DNA from: Acholeplasma laidlawii PG-8A
GTDB lineage: Bacteria; Bacillota_I; Bacilli_A; Acholeplasmatales; Acholeplasmataceae
Direction: 5' to 3'
Length of the DNA: 32,000 nucleotides
Assembly: GCF_000018785.1 (NCBI RefSeq)
Contig: NC_010163.1
Coordinates: 510,001-542,000 of the forward strand
The position numbers and the translations under genes were made by a program. The notes beneath the pieces are model-generated. The model saw only the letters and a program-made list of their open reading frames with translations, ran no database searches and was not told where the DNA came from. Shown one piece after another: positions 16,905-25,698 of the stretch; position 1 is the stretch's first letter; the number at the start of each line of letters is the position of its first letter.

Positions 16905-18116
16905 ATGAATAAAGTTTTTGTTGTAGCTGCTAAGAGAAGTGCCATTGGATCTTACTTAGGTACATTGTCACAAATCAGTCCAGCAGATTTTGGTTCTCAA
17001 GTTTTAAAACAAACATTGGAACTTAATGACATCAAACCAGAGTGGGTTGATGAAGTTATTATTGGTAATGTACTACCAGCAGGTCAAAAACAAGGGTTAC
17101 CAAGACAAATCTCTATCAAAGCAGGTATTTCTCCAGAAGTACCAGCGTATGGTGTAAATATGATTTGTGGTTCTGGTATGAAATCAGTTATCACAGGTGT
17201 TGCAAACATTAAAGCTGGTTTTGCAAACTTAGTTGTTGCAGGTGGTGTGGAATCTATGTCACAAGCTCCATATTTAGTACCAGGCACTGTTAGAAACGGT
17301 GTAAAAATGGGTAATTTAGAATTGGTTGACTACATGGTTACAGATGGTCTTTCAGATGCGTTTGAAGGCTATCACATGGGTATTACTGCTGAAAACATCG
17401 TAGAAAAACATAAATTTACTCGTGAAATGCAAGATGATTTTGCATATCACTCACAAGTTAAAGCAAAACAAGCTCAAGAAAAAGGCTTATTTGATAAAGA
17501 AATCGTTCCAGTAAAAATTCAATCTAGAAAAGCTGAAATTGTGTTTGATAAAGATGAATATATCAATTACACGACTACTAGAGAAAAAATTGCTCAATTA
17601 CGTCCAGCATTCAAAAAAGATGGAACAGTCACTGCAGCAAGTTCATCAGGTATTAATGATGGTGCAAGTTTTATGGTCTTAGCAAGTGAAGCATTTGTAA
17701 AAGAACATAATTTAAAACCATTAGCTGAAATTGTTGGTGTTGGTCAAGCTGGTGTTGAACCAAGCGTTATGGGTTTAGGACCTGTACCTGCAATTAAAAA
17801 TTCATTAAAACAAGCGAACCTTAAGATTAGTGATATTGATACATTTGAATTAAACGAAGCATTTGCAGCACAAGCATTAGGTGTTGTACGTGAACTTTCT
17901 GAAGATTTAGGTATTAAAGAATCAGCAATCTTAGATAAAACAAATCCAAATGGTGGTGCGATCGCGTTAGGTCACCCAGTTGGAGCATCAGGTAATAGAA
18001 TCATGGTTACACTATTACATAATATGTTAAGAAATGAAAACCATAATATTGGTTTAGCAAGTCTATGTATCGGTGGCGGTATGGGAACATCTGTCATCTT
18101 TAAAAAAGTTAAATAA
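16905..18116 (+). CDS. acetyl-CoA C-acetyltransferase (thiolase II)
   Basis: 403 aa. Motifs VNMICGSGMKS (nucleophilic Cys), NEAFAAQ, GGAIALGHPVGASG and LCIGGGMG. AAGAGGA lies 6 nt upstream. Confidence 0.93.
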   Translation: MNKVFVVAAKRSAIGSYLGTLSQISPADFGSQVLKQTLELNDIKPEWVDEVIIGNVLPAGQKQGLPRQISIKAGISPEVPAYGVNMICGSGMKSVITGVANIKAGFANLVVAGGVESMSQAPYLVPGTVRNGVKMGNLELVDYMVTDGLSDAFEGYHMGITAENIVEKHKFTREMQDDFAYHSQVKAKQAQEKGLFDKEIVPVKIQSRKAEIVFDKDEYINYTTTREKIAQLRPAFKKDGTVTAASSSGINDGASFMVLASEAFVKEHNLKPLAEIVGVGQAGVEPSVMGLGPVPAIKNSLKQANLKISDIDTFELNEAFAAQALGVVRELSEDLGIKESAILDKTNPNGGAIALGHPVGASGNRIMVTLLHNMLRNENHNIGLASLCIGGGMGTSVIFKKVK

Positions 18117-18130
18117 GGAGAACTATAGAT

Positions 18131-18853
18131 ATGAAAAAACTAGAAGGTAAAGTTGCAGTTATTACAGGTGGTGCAAAAGGTTTAGGACAAGCAATCGCTT
18201 TAGCTTATGCTGAAGAAGGTGCAAAAGTAATCGCAGGTGATTTAGGTGATCTAACTTATTCACATCCAAATGTTGAAGGCATGTATTTAAACGTTACTGA
18301 TGTAACAGGCGTTGAAAAATTCTACCAATCAGTGATTGACAAATATGGTAAAATCGATATTTTAGTAAATAATGCTGGTATCACTAAAGATGCTATGACA
18401 AGAAAAATGACTGAAGCACAATGGGATGCAGTTATTGATGTGAACTTAAAAGGTGTATTTAACTTAACTAGATTAGTTGGACCTCAAATGCAAACTAATG
18501 GTTATGGTTCAATTATCAATATTTCATCAGTAGTTGGTGTATTTGGTAATATTGGACAAGCAAACTACGCTGCTACTAAAGCAGGTGTTATTGGTTTAAC
18601 AATGACTTGGGCTAAAGAATTTGCGCTTAAAGGTGCAAACGTGCGTGTAAACGCAATCGCTCCAGGATATATCATGACAGATATTTTAAAAACAGTACCA
18701 CAAGATTTACTAGATAAATTTGCAGCTTTAACCATGTTAAATCGTTTAGGTCAACCAGAAGAAATCGCAAAAGTAGCATTATTCCTAGCAAGTGATGATG
18801 CATCTTACGTAACTGGTCAAACGATTAACGTTAACGGCGGCATGAGACTATAA
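18131..18853 (+). CDS. SDR family 3-oxoacyl-ACP / acetoacetyl-CoA reductase (FabG/PhaB-like)
   Basis: TGGAKGLG cofactor motif, NNAGI, and a Ser...YAATK catalytic triad. 240 aa. AAGGAG RBS. Confidence 0.85.
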   Translation: MKKLEGKVAVITGGAKGLGQAIALAYAEEGAKVIAGDLGDLTYSHPNVEGMYLNVTDVTGVEKFYQSVIDKYGKIDILVNNAGITKDAMTRKMTEAQWDAVIDVNLKGVFNLTRLVGPQMQTNGYGSIINISSVVGVFGNIGQANYAATKAGVIGLTMTWAKEFALKGANVRVNAIAPGYIMTDILKTVPQDLLDKFAALTMLNRLGQPEEIAKVALFLASDDASYVTGQTINVNGGMRL

Positions 18854-18873
18854 TTAAACAAGAGGTGAAGGAC

Positions 18874-19908
18874 ATGAAAGATCACGTTGGAATCGTTGGA
18901 ACAGGGATTTATTTACCTAAAGAAAGAATGACTGCTAAAGAAATTTCTGAAAAAACAAATGGTGTTTGGACAGAAGAGGCAGTTATCGAAAAATTAGGTA
19001 TTAAAACAAAAGTAGTACCTTCATCAAGCTTAAGCGATGGCACCCAGGAAATGGGTGCTTTAGCCGCACTTGATGCACTAAAAAACACTGGGATTGATCC
19101 ACTTGATATCGATATCATTTTAAGTGTTTCTGAAGAATGGAAAGAATATCCACTTACAACATCTGCATTATATGTACAAGATAGAATAGGTGCTATAAAT
19201 GCTTGGGGAATTGATGTTCAAAACAGATGCTGTACAACAGTTTCTGCACTTAAAATGGCAAAAGACATGTTACTTGCTGACCCAGAAGTAAATGTTGTTA
19301 TGGTAGTTGGTGGTTACCGTAATGGTGACTTTGTCGATTACTCAGATAAAAATATGTCTATGATGTTTAATCTAGGTGCTGGTGGTGGTGCAATCATCTT
19401 AAAGAAAAACTATGGCAAAAACCTACTTTTAGGTAGCCATATGATTTCTGATGGTTCATTATCACGTACAGCTGGTGTTGAAATTGGTGGTATAATAAAC
19501 CCAATAACTAAGGAAAATATGGATGAAGCAAAACATTCATTAAGACTACTAGATCCAGTTAAAATGAAAAATAGACTAAACGATGTATCTATGCCAAATT
19601 GGTATAAATGTATCGATGAATCCTTAAGAAAATCTAATCTTGAAAGAAAAGACATTGATTTCTTAAATATTTTACATATCAAGCGTAGCGGACATTTATC
19701 TATGTTAAATGACTTAGGTTTAACTGAAGACCAAACGATTTACTTAGAAGATTACGGTCATATCGGACAAATTGATCAAATACTAACTCTTCATTTAGCT
19801 TTAGAACAAGGTAAAGTTAAAGATGGTACAGTTATGGCTATGATTGCAGCTGGTATTGGTTATGTATGGGCAGCAAATATTATTCAATGGGGACCAATGA
19901 AATCCTAA
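18874..19908 (+). CDS. KASIII (FabH)-like thiolase-fold condensing enzyme, atypical active-site motif
   Basis: FabH-like N-terminus (VGTGIYLPKERMTAKEI), a Cys pair RCCTT (19228-19233), a His in LNILHIKRS, and YGHIGQ where FabH has GNTSAAS. ATG at 18874 with AGAGGTGA upstream; the track's GTG at 18865 lies inside that RBS. Confidence 0.75.
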   Translation: MKDHVGIVGTGIYLPKERMTAKEISEKTNGVWTEEAVIEKLGIKTKVVPSSSLSDGTQEMGALAALDALKNTGIDPLDIDIILSVSEEWKEYPLTTSALYVQDRIGAINAWGIDVQNRCCTTVSALKMAKDMLLADPEVNVVMVVGGYRNGDFVDYSDKNMSMMFNLGAGGGAIILKKNYGKNLLLGSHMISDGSLSRTAGVEIGGIINPITKENMDEAKHSLRLLDPVKMKNRLNDVSMPNWYKCIDESLRKSNLERKDIDFLNILHIKRSGHLSMLNDLGLTEDQTIYLEDYGHIGQIDQILTLHLALEQGKVKDGTVMAMIAAGIGYVWAANIIQWGPMKS

Positions 19909-19927
19909 TAAAAAGGAGATGTATACT

Positions 19928-21253
19928 ATGTACAAAGACAAGTTAATCACTGCAAAAGAAGCTGTGAAACTTATCAAATCTAATGATCATATTGTAGTTG
20001 GGATGACGGCAGCTGAGCCTCAACTATTTATGAATGAGTTACACACAATCGCGGATAATATTTCAAAGGTAACAGTGTCAAACTGTCTACCTATTTTAGA
20101 AGCAGAATTTTTTATAAATGTTCAATATAAAGACAAATTTGATGTTGCGGGTTGGTTTTATACCAATACGTTAAGACGTGTTCAAAAAAACGGTAATATT
20201 TCATTTATACCAAATCACTTACACTTAGCAGGTAAAAAAAGATTTCAACACTTAAAACCTAACGTGTTTGTTATGACAACATCAATGCCAGATGAGCATG
20301 GATTTGTATCGTTATCTGTTGGTAACGTTTATGAACGTGATGCAATCGATCAAGCTGATCTTGTCATTATTGAAGTGAACCCGAATTTTCCAAGAACATT
20401 TGGTGATAATAACGTTCACTTAAGAGAAGTAGATTATGTGATTGAATCTAGTTACCCAATTCCTTCTATTCCAGATTTAGAACCAAATGATAAGGATAGA
20501 GTCATTGGTAACTTAATTGCTGAAAAAATTAATGATGGAGACACCATTCAAATTGGTATTGGTGGTATTCCAAACGCTGTAGCAAGCGCACTTATGGGTA
20601 AAAAGGATTTAGGTATCCATACTGAAATGTTTACTACAGGTATCATGAAACTTATTAAAGCCGGTGTTGCAAACGGTGCTAGAAAAAACTACATGCCTCA
20701 TAAACATGTGGCCGCCTTTGCATATGGCACACAAGAATTATATGACTTTTTAAATAACAACCCAAGTATTTACTTTATGCGTGGTGTTCATGCAAATGAC
20801 CCATACATTATCGGTAAGAATGATAACCAAGTAAGTATCAACACAACATTAGAAGTTGATTTAACCGGACAATGTGCATCTGAATCCATTGGACCTGTTC
20901 AATTTTCAGGTACAGGTGGTCAATCAGACACAGCTGTAGGGGCTCAAAACTCTAAAAATGGTCGTTCATTTATCGCTTTATACTCAACTGCAATGGTTAA
21001 AAATCCAGTAACTGGTGAGCGTGAAGAAATATCAAAAATTGTACCGATGCTTAAACAAGGTGCAGCTGTATCCTTATCAAGAAATGATGTGGATTATGTT
21101 GTAACTGAATATGGTATGGTTTCTCTTCGTGGCACAACCATTCAAGAAAGAACCAAACTACTTATCTCCATCGCGCATCCTAAATTTAGAGAACAATTAC
21201 TAAAAGAAGCTAAAGAATTAATGTACATTGGTCAAGATTATGAGCTACTTTAA
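19928..21253 (+). CDS. acetyl-CoA hydrolase/transferase family protein (4-hydroxybutyrate / butyryl-CoA:acetate CoA-transferase-like)
   Basis: Family-typical N-terminus (KLITAKEAVKLIKSNDHIVVG), EVDLTGQ and GTGGQSD motifs. I prefer the ATG at 19928, with AAGGAG 9 nt upstream; the track start at 19919 abuts the RBS. Confidence 0.85.
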   Translation: MYKDKLITAKEAVKLIKSNDHIVVGMTAAEPQLFMNELHTIADNISKVTVSNCLPILEAEFFINVQYKDKFDVAGWFYTNTLRRVQKNGNISFIPNHLHLAGKKRFQHLKPNVFVMTTSMPDEHGFVSLSVGNVYERDAIDQADLVIIEVNPNFPRTFGDNNVHLREVDYVIESSYPIPSIPDLEPNDKDRVIGNLIAEKINDGDTIQIGIGGIPNAVASALMGKKDLGIHTEMFTTGIMKLIKAGVANGARKNYMPHKHVAAFAYGTQELYDFLNNNPSIYFMRGVHANDPYIIGKNDNQVSINTTLEVDLTGQCASESIGPVQFSGTGGQSDTAVGAQNSKNGRSFIALYSTAMVKNPVTGEREEISKIVPMLKQGAAVSLSRNDVDYVVTEYGMVSLRGTTIQERTKLLISIAHPKFREQLLKEAKELMYIGQDYELL

Positions 21254-22058
21254 TTATTTAGGTAAAAAAATATATTACGATGTTGCTGGAAGTGGTCAAC
21301 CGGTTGTTATTTTAAATGGCATCATGATGTCTACTAAAAGTTGGGAACCTTTTAAAGAAAGTTTAAGTGAACACTTTCAATTTATTAGGGTAGACTTTTT
21401 AGATCAAGGACAAAGTGATTCTTATGAAACAAACTATACTCAAAGTGTACAAGTAGACCTAGTTAAAGCATTATTAGATCACTTAGATATAAATAAGGTA
21501 GATCTAGTAGGTATTAGCTATGGTGGTGAAGTTGCATTACAGTTTGCAATTAAATATGGTCACTATCTCGATAGATTGATTGTGTATAACTCAGTAGCAT
21601 ATACTACATATACACTTGCTGAAACTGGTCATCTTTGGAATCAATTTGCTAAGGAAAAGGATGCGCATAAATACTATGAAGCAACTATTCCAGTGATTTA
21701 TTCTAAGGAGTTTAACAAAACTAAAAAAGAATGGATGGCCGCTAGAAAAAAATTCTTAACAGAAAATACTTTTAGTGACGAGAAATTCTTAAACCGAATG
21801 ATTAGACTAACCAATTCTGCAGAAAGCTACGATGTAAGACATGAACTTGATAAGATCAAGGTACCTGTCATGATTGTAGGTGCAGAAGAAGATTATTTAA
21901 CACCACTAGTTCATCAAAGAATTTTAAATAATAATTTACCAAACTCTAGACTTGTGATACTACCAGGTGTTGGTCATGCTTCCATGTATGAAGTACCTGA
22001 AGTGTTTACAACAATCTTAATCGGATTTTTAAAGACTAAATTAGAATTTACGATATAA
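21240..22058 (+). CDS. alpha/beta hydrolase (serine nucleophile GISYGG)
   Basis: G-x-S-x-G elbow GISYG, a late Asp (AEEDY) and His (GVGHAS). The ATG at 21240 overlaps the upstream gene by 14 nt. No clear RBS, so the start is uncertain. Confidence 0.8.
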   Translation: MSYFNYLGKKIYYDVAGSGQPVVILNGIMMSTKSWEPFKESLSEHFQFIRVDFLDQGQSDSYETNYTQSVQVDLVKALLDHLDINKVDLVGISYGGEVALQFAIKYGHYLDRLIVYNSVAYTTYTLAETGHLWNQFAKEKDAHKYYEATIPVIYSKEFNKTKKEWMAARKKFLTENTFSDEKFLNRMIRLTNSAESYDVRHELDKIKVPVMIVGAEEDYLTPLVHQRILNNNLPNSRLVILPGVGHASMYEVPEVFTTILIGFLKTKLEFTI

Positions 22059-22076
22059 CACTAGGAGGGGATATTA

Positions 22077-22961
22077 GTGAAATTAAAACAAGTTGAACTT
22101 AAAAATGGTGAAACCATAAGCTATTATGAACAAGGAAATTCTAAGGAGACATTACTGCTAATTCATGGTAATACATCCTCAGCGATATTCTTTGAACCAT
22201 TAATGCAAATATTACCAAAAAACCAAAGTGTCATAGCACCTGATTTAAGAGGTTTTGGTAATTCAAGTTATAAAAAAAATATTGAAACTTTATCAGATTT
22301 TGCCGAAGATATAAAGTTATTACTAGAGCAATTAGGATTAAATTGCGTTAGTATACTAGGATGGTCTCTAGGTGGTGCCATTGCGATGGAATTTGCATCT
22401 ACTTATCCAAATATGGTAAGTAATCTTATTCTATTGTCATCTGGCTCCCCTAAAGGATATCCTGTATTTACAAAGGATGAAAAAGGGCAACCAATGATTC
22501 CTCATGTATACAAGAAAAAAGAAGACATGGCGCTTGATCCTGTTCAAGTCCTACCACTTCTTAATATTTATGAAACAAAAAATAGTCAAATGCTTGCAAC
22601 CATCTATAACTATGTAATCTATACAGGACATAAAAAGCCTGACAATGATGCAAACCTAAGATGGATGAATGAAGCAGTTAAACAAAGAAACTTAGTGGAT
22701 GTAGACTGGGCACTAGCAAATTTCAATATTTCTAGTGAACCAAGCTTATACCAACTAGGAAACAATAAACTATCTAACCTAAAAGCTAAAACATTGATTA
22801 TTTGGGGTGACAAAGATGTTACAGTACCAAAAATTATGTTTGATGAAACTGTTAGGTTACTACCAGAAGCTACTGTATTAGTATATGAAAATGCAGGTCA
22901 TTCTATTGTAGTAGATGAAACTGAAAAATTAGCAATCGATATTGTTCATTTCATCTCCTAG
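22077..22961 (+). CDS. alpha/beta hydrolase (serine nucleophile GWSLGG)
   Basis: HGNTSS oxyanion region, GWSLGG elbow, WGDKD and AGHS motifs. GTG start with AGGAGG (22063-22068) 8 nt upstream. Confidence 0.8.
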   Translation: MKLKQVELKNGETISYYEQGNSKETLLLIHGNTSSAIFFEPLMQILPKNQSVIAPDLRGFGNSSYKKNIETLSDFAEDIKLLLEQLGLNCVSILGWSLGGAIAMEFASTYPNMVSNLILLSSGSPKGYPVFTKDEKGQPMIPHVYKKKEDMALDPVQVLPLLNIYETKNSQMLATIYNYVIYTGHKKPDNDANLRWMNEAVKQRNLVDVDWALANFNISSEPSLYQLGNNKLSNLKAKTLIIWGDKDVTVPKIMFDETVRLLPEATVLVYENAGHSIVVDETEKLAIDIVHFIS

Positions 22962-22981
22962 TCTTGATTTTTATTCATGAG

Positions 22982-23013
22982 TAGAGTTATGTCGTTGACA
23001 TGACTCTATTTTC
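22982..23013 (+). terminator. intrinsic terminator ending the thiolase operon
   Basis: 12-bp stem tagagttatgtc (22982-22993) / gacatgactcta (22997-23008) with one G-U pair, loop gtt, then ttttc. Confidence 0.75.
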
Positions 23014-23100
23014 ATAAAATAAGGCATACTTATGACCAAAATAACTCATATTTTTGGGTTTGATTTAAGTACATGTTATAATAATTTTGAAGGTGAAATT

Positions 23101-24456
23101 ATGCAACAAAAAATTAGATTAAATGATATTTTAGAAATTGATGTAAAACGCATGGGTATTAATGGTGAGGGCATAGGTTACTATGAACGACTTGCTATTT
23201 TTATTGATAATGCACTACCTGGAGAAAAAGTCTTAGCTCAAATTACAGAAGTTTTTCCCAACAGAGCGACTGCTAAGGTACTACAAACATTAGAAAAGAG
23301 TCCAAATAGGGTAAAACCTTTATGTCCTGTTTATGATGCATGTGGTGGTTGTCAGGTACAACATTTTGATTATAATGCAATGCTTAATCAAAAAAAGGAT
23401 ATCATTAAAAAAGCCTTAGATAGATATGTCAAACGTTATGATGCACATATTATTTCAGACACAATTGGTATGGATAATCCTAAAAATTATAGAAATAAAG
23501 CATCACTACCTTTAAGACTAATAGATAATAAAAACCGTTTTGGTATGTTTGCTAGAAACTCTAATGCTTTTGTTCCTATTAATACATGTGGTGTTCAACA
23601 TACTAAAATTAATGACATCTTTACAACTATGACAAGTCTCATGGATAGATATCACATTGATGCATATGACCCGGTACTACAAACTGGTATCATTTCACAT
23701 GCTATTGTTAGAATTACAGAAAACTTAAATGAAGTACAAGTTACATTTATTCTATCTAAAGCATTTGATGGTTTAGATAATCTAGTTCATGAACTAGTGA
23801 AGCTACATCCGGAAATCATGTCTATATATAAAGTAATTAACCCAGATGTTAGACAAAGTTATTTTACTGAAGATATCCATTTAATCTATGGTAAAGAAAT
23901 GATAGAAGAACAACTAGGTGGACATACATTTAGTCTATCACCTGATGCTTTCTTCCAACTAAACACCTCACAAGCAGATAAATTCTATAATGAAATGAAG
24001 CGACTAGCACAAATTAAGCCAACTGAAATTGTAGTTGATGCGTATGCTGGTATTGCACCAATTTCACACTATATTGGTCAAGATGCTAAACATATTTATG
24101 CAATTGAGATTAATGAAGATGCGGTGAAGTCTGCAAAAATATCACTGGACCAAAATCATATTGATAATGTGACTGTGATTGAAAATAATTTTGAGGATGC
24201 GCTAGATAATTTAAAAGATATAAAAATTGATGTCATGTTATTTGATCCTCCACGTAGTGGACTAGGAGAAGATGTTATTCAAACCATTTTAAAATATAAA
24301 CCTAAACGATTAGTCTATGGTTCATGTAATCCATCAACACTCGCAAAGGATTTATCACTATTATTAGAGGATTATGATCTTAAACACATTACACCAATTG
24401 ATATGTTTCCATATACTAGTTTGGTGGAAAGTATCACATTACTTGAGTTAAAATAA
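23101..24456 (+). CDS. RumA/RlmD-family RNA (uracil-C5)-methyltransferase with TRAM domain and a complete 4-Cys Fe-S motif
   Basis: TRAM-like N-terminus, C-x5-C-x2-C (23323-23352) plus a later TCGVQH Cys, SAM motif DAYAGIAP, FDPPRSG, and catalytic GSCNP. ATG at 23101 with AGGTGA upstream and an extended -10 TGtTATAAT at 23074-23082. Starting at 23101 aligns the N-terminus with the paralog at 27193. Confidence 0.88.
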   Translation: MQQKIRLNDILEIDVKRMGINGEGIGYYERLAIFIDNALPGEKVLAQITEVFPNRATAKVLQTLEKSPNRVKPLCPVYDACGGCQVQHFDYNAMLNQKKDIIKKALDRYVKRYDAHIISDTIGMDNPKNYRNKASLPLRLIDNKNRFGMFARNSNAFVPINTCGVQHTKINDIFTTMTSLMDRYHIDAYDPVLQTGIISHAIVRITENLNEVQVTFILSKAFDGLDNLVHELVKLHPEIMSIYKVINPDVRQSYFTEDIHLIYGKEMIEEQLGGHTFSLSPDAFFQLNTSQADKFYNEMKRLAQIKPTEIVVDAYAGIAPISHYIGQDAKHIYAIEINEDAVKSAKISLDQNHIDNVTVIENNFEDALDNLKDIKIDVMLFDPPRSGLGEDVIQTILKYKPKRLVYGSCNPSTLAKDLSLLLEDYDLKHITPIDMFPYTSLVESITLLELK

Positions 24457-24482
24457 TTTGATTGAATCATCAATGAATTTAG

Positions 24483-24510
24483 GCTATAAAATGATTTTAC
24501 TAGCTTTTTT
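24483..24510 (+). terminator. probable intrinsic terminator
   Basis: Imperfect AT-rich hairpin gctataaa.../...ttttactagc (one bulge), followed by six T (24505-24510). Confidence 0.5.
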
Positions 24511-24608
24511 GTTAGAATAGAAGCAATGATATGTAAACATTAAAACAGTATAAAAGTGTACTTATATACATAGATAATAAGCAAACATATCACATGAGGC
24601 ATGCAAAG

Positions 24609-25010
24609 ATGAAAGTAATTAAGAAAAATATAAGAACCATTATACTAGCAGTACTATCTATTTTAGTTATTGCATTTACAGTGTCTTACCTAAATCAGAA
24701 GACCTATGCAAAAGAAGATGGTGTAGTTACAATTGAATTTCAAAACGATGAGCATATAATGAATAAAGATATTTACTTTTTTAAAGGTGATACACTTCAA
24801 AATATTATTCTTAATCATTTTAATGATGTTCAATTTGAAGAAAGTGCCTATGGTCCTTTTTTAGTATCAATTGAAGGGTACACTATGCCAAAGGATTATG
24901 CTACATATATAAGTATTTATATTAATGGTAGTTTTAGTCCCTATGGTATCGGTGATATTGAATTGAAAAATGAAATGAAGATTACATTAAAAGTGGAGCG
25001 TGCATCATGA
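24609..25010 (+). CDS. membrane-anchored DUF4430-like (transcobalamin beta-domain-like) protein
   Basis: One N-terminal TM anchor. The following pattern (GDTLQNIILN ... YGPFLVSIEGY ... YISIYINGSFSPYGIGDIELKNEMKITL) resembles DUF4430 as I remember it. I prefer the ATG at 24609, with GAGG 9 nt upstream. Confidence 0.55.
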   Translation: MKVIKKNIRTIILAVLSILVIAFTVSYLNQKTYAKEDGVVTIEFQNDEHIMNKDIYFFKGDTLQNIILNHFNDVQFEESAYGPFLVSIEGYTMPKDYATYISIYINGSFSPYGIGDIELKNEMKITLKVERAS

Positions 25011-25516
25011 AGGGTAGACTACAAATTTATGACATTGTCATCATTTCACTTTTAACATCTTTCCTATTTATACAAGAGCAAATACTCACATTTATGCCAA
25101 ATATTCAATTAACAATTTTTCTAATTGTATTATATTCAAAAAAACTTGGATGGTTAAAAACTTCTCTTATTGTTACAATACATGTCTTACTAGATAGTTT
25201 TTACACTTCAAGTTTCGGTATTATTTACACACCATACATTTATATTGGTCTTATGCTTATACCGCTGACATTAACAACCATTTTTAAAAAGATCAATAAC
25301 CATATCCTACTGGGTTTATTGGGGATACTTTTTTCAATCATCTACAGTTGGTTGTTTTTAATACCGTTTGTGTTTATCTTAGAAGTGAATCCTTATCTAT
25401 ATATTGCATCTGATATCCCATTTCAAATTCTATTATCAGCAAGTAGTTTTTTATCAATTATAGTACTTTATGAACCTACTTCTAATTTATTTGATCATCT
25501 ACTAAAGAAGAATTAA
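25007..25516 (+). CDS. small 6-TM membrane protein, ECF-transporter S-component-like in size and topology
   Basis: 169 aa with about six hydrophobic helices. ATGA overlap with the DUF4430 gene, and GGAG 8 nt upstream. No specific motif recognised. Confidence 0.5.
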   Translation: MKGRLQIYDIVIISLLTSFLFIQEQILTFMPNIQLTIFLIVLYSKKLGWLKTSLIVTIHVLLDSFYTSSFGIIYTPYIYIGLMLIPLTLTTIFKKINNHILLGLLGILFSIIYSWLFLIPFVFILEVNPYLYIASDIPFQILLSASSFLSIIVLYEPTSNLFDHLLKKN

Positions 25517-25698
25517 ATACCTGAAAATATGGGTTAGACACGAATTTTTACTATATATATATAATAATTGTGTTATTTAATTAAAATAGTCTAAAAATAG
25601 TGTATACTCTTAAAGGTAGATGATTTAGACATTTTGTTTCAAGGTGTTTTATACATCAAACACCTTAAAATAAAAATACAAAGAACAGGAATTAATTA

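Noticed and set aside
21240-22961. Reading the two alpha/beta hydrolases as PHA synthases (PhaC), which would complete a PhaA-PhaB-PhaC pathway
   Set aside because: Both have Ser nucleophile elbows (GISYG, GWSLG) rather than the G-x-C-x-G lipase box of PhaC. At 272-294 aa they are also shorter than class III/IV synthases, and there is no PhaE/PhaR partner.
23032-23100. 23-codon N-terminal extension of the first RumA-like gene, and similar upstream GTG/TTG/ATG starts in the track at 3002, 13382, 14127, 16611, 18865, 19919 and 24594
   Set aside because: In each case a downstream ATG has a properly spaced Shine-Dalgarno sequence, while the track start lies inside or against that RBS. For 23032, the predicted -10 (23077-23082) lies downstream of the track start. 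Starting at 23101 also aligns the N-terminus with the paralog.
24457-24608. Cobalamin riboswitch upstream of the DUF4430 gene
   Set aside because: I found no B12-box-like GC-rich core. The region is AT-rich, with only a terminator-like hairpin belonging to the upstream gene.
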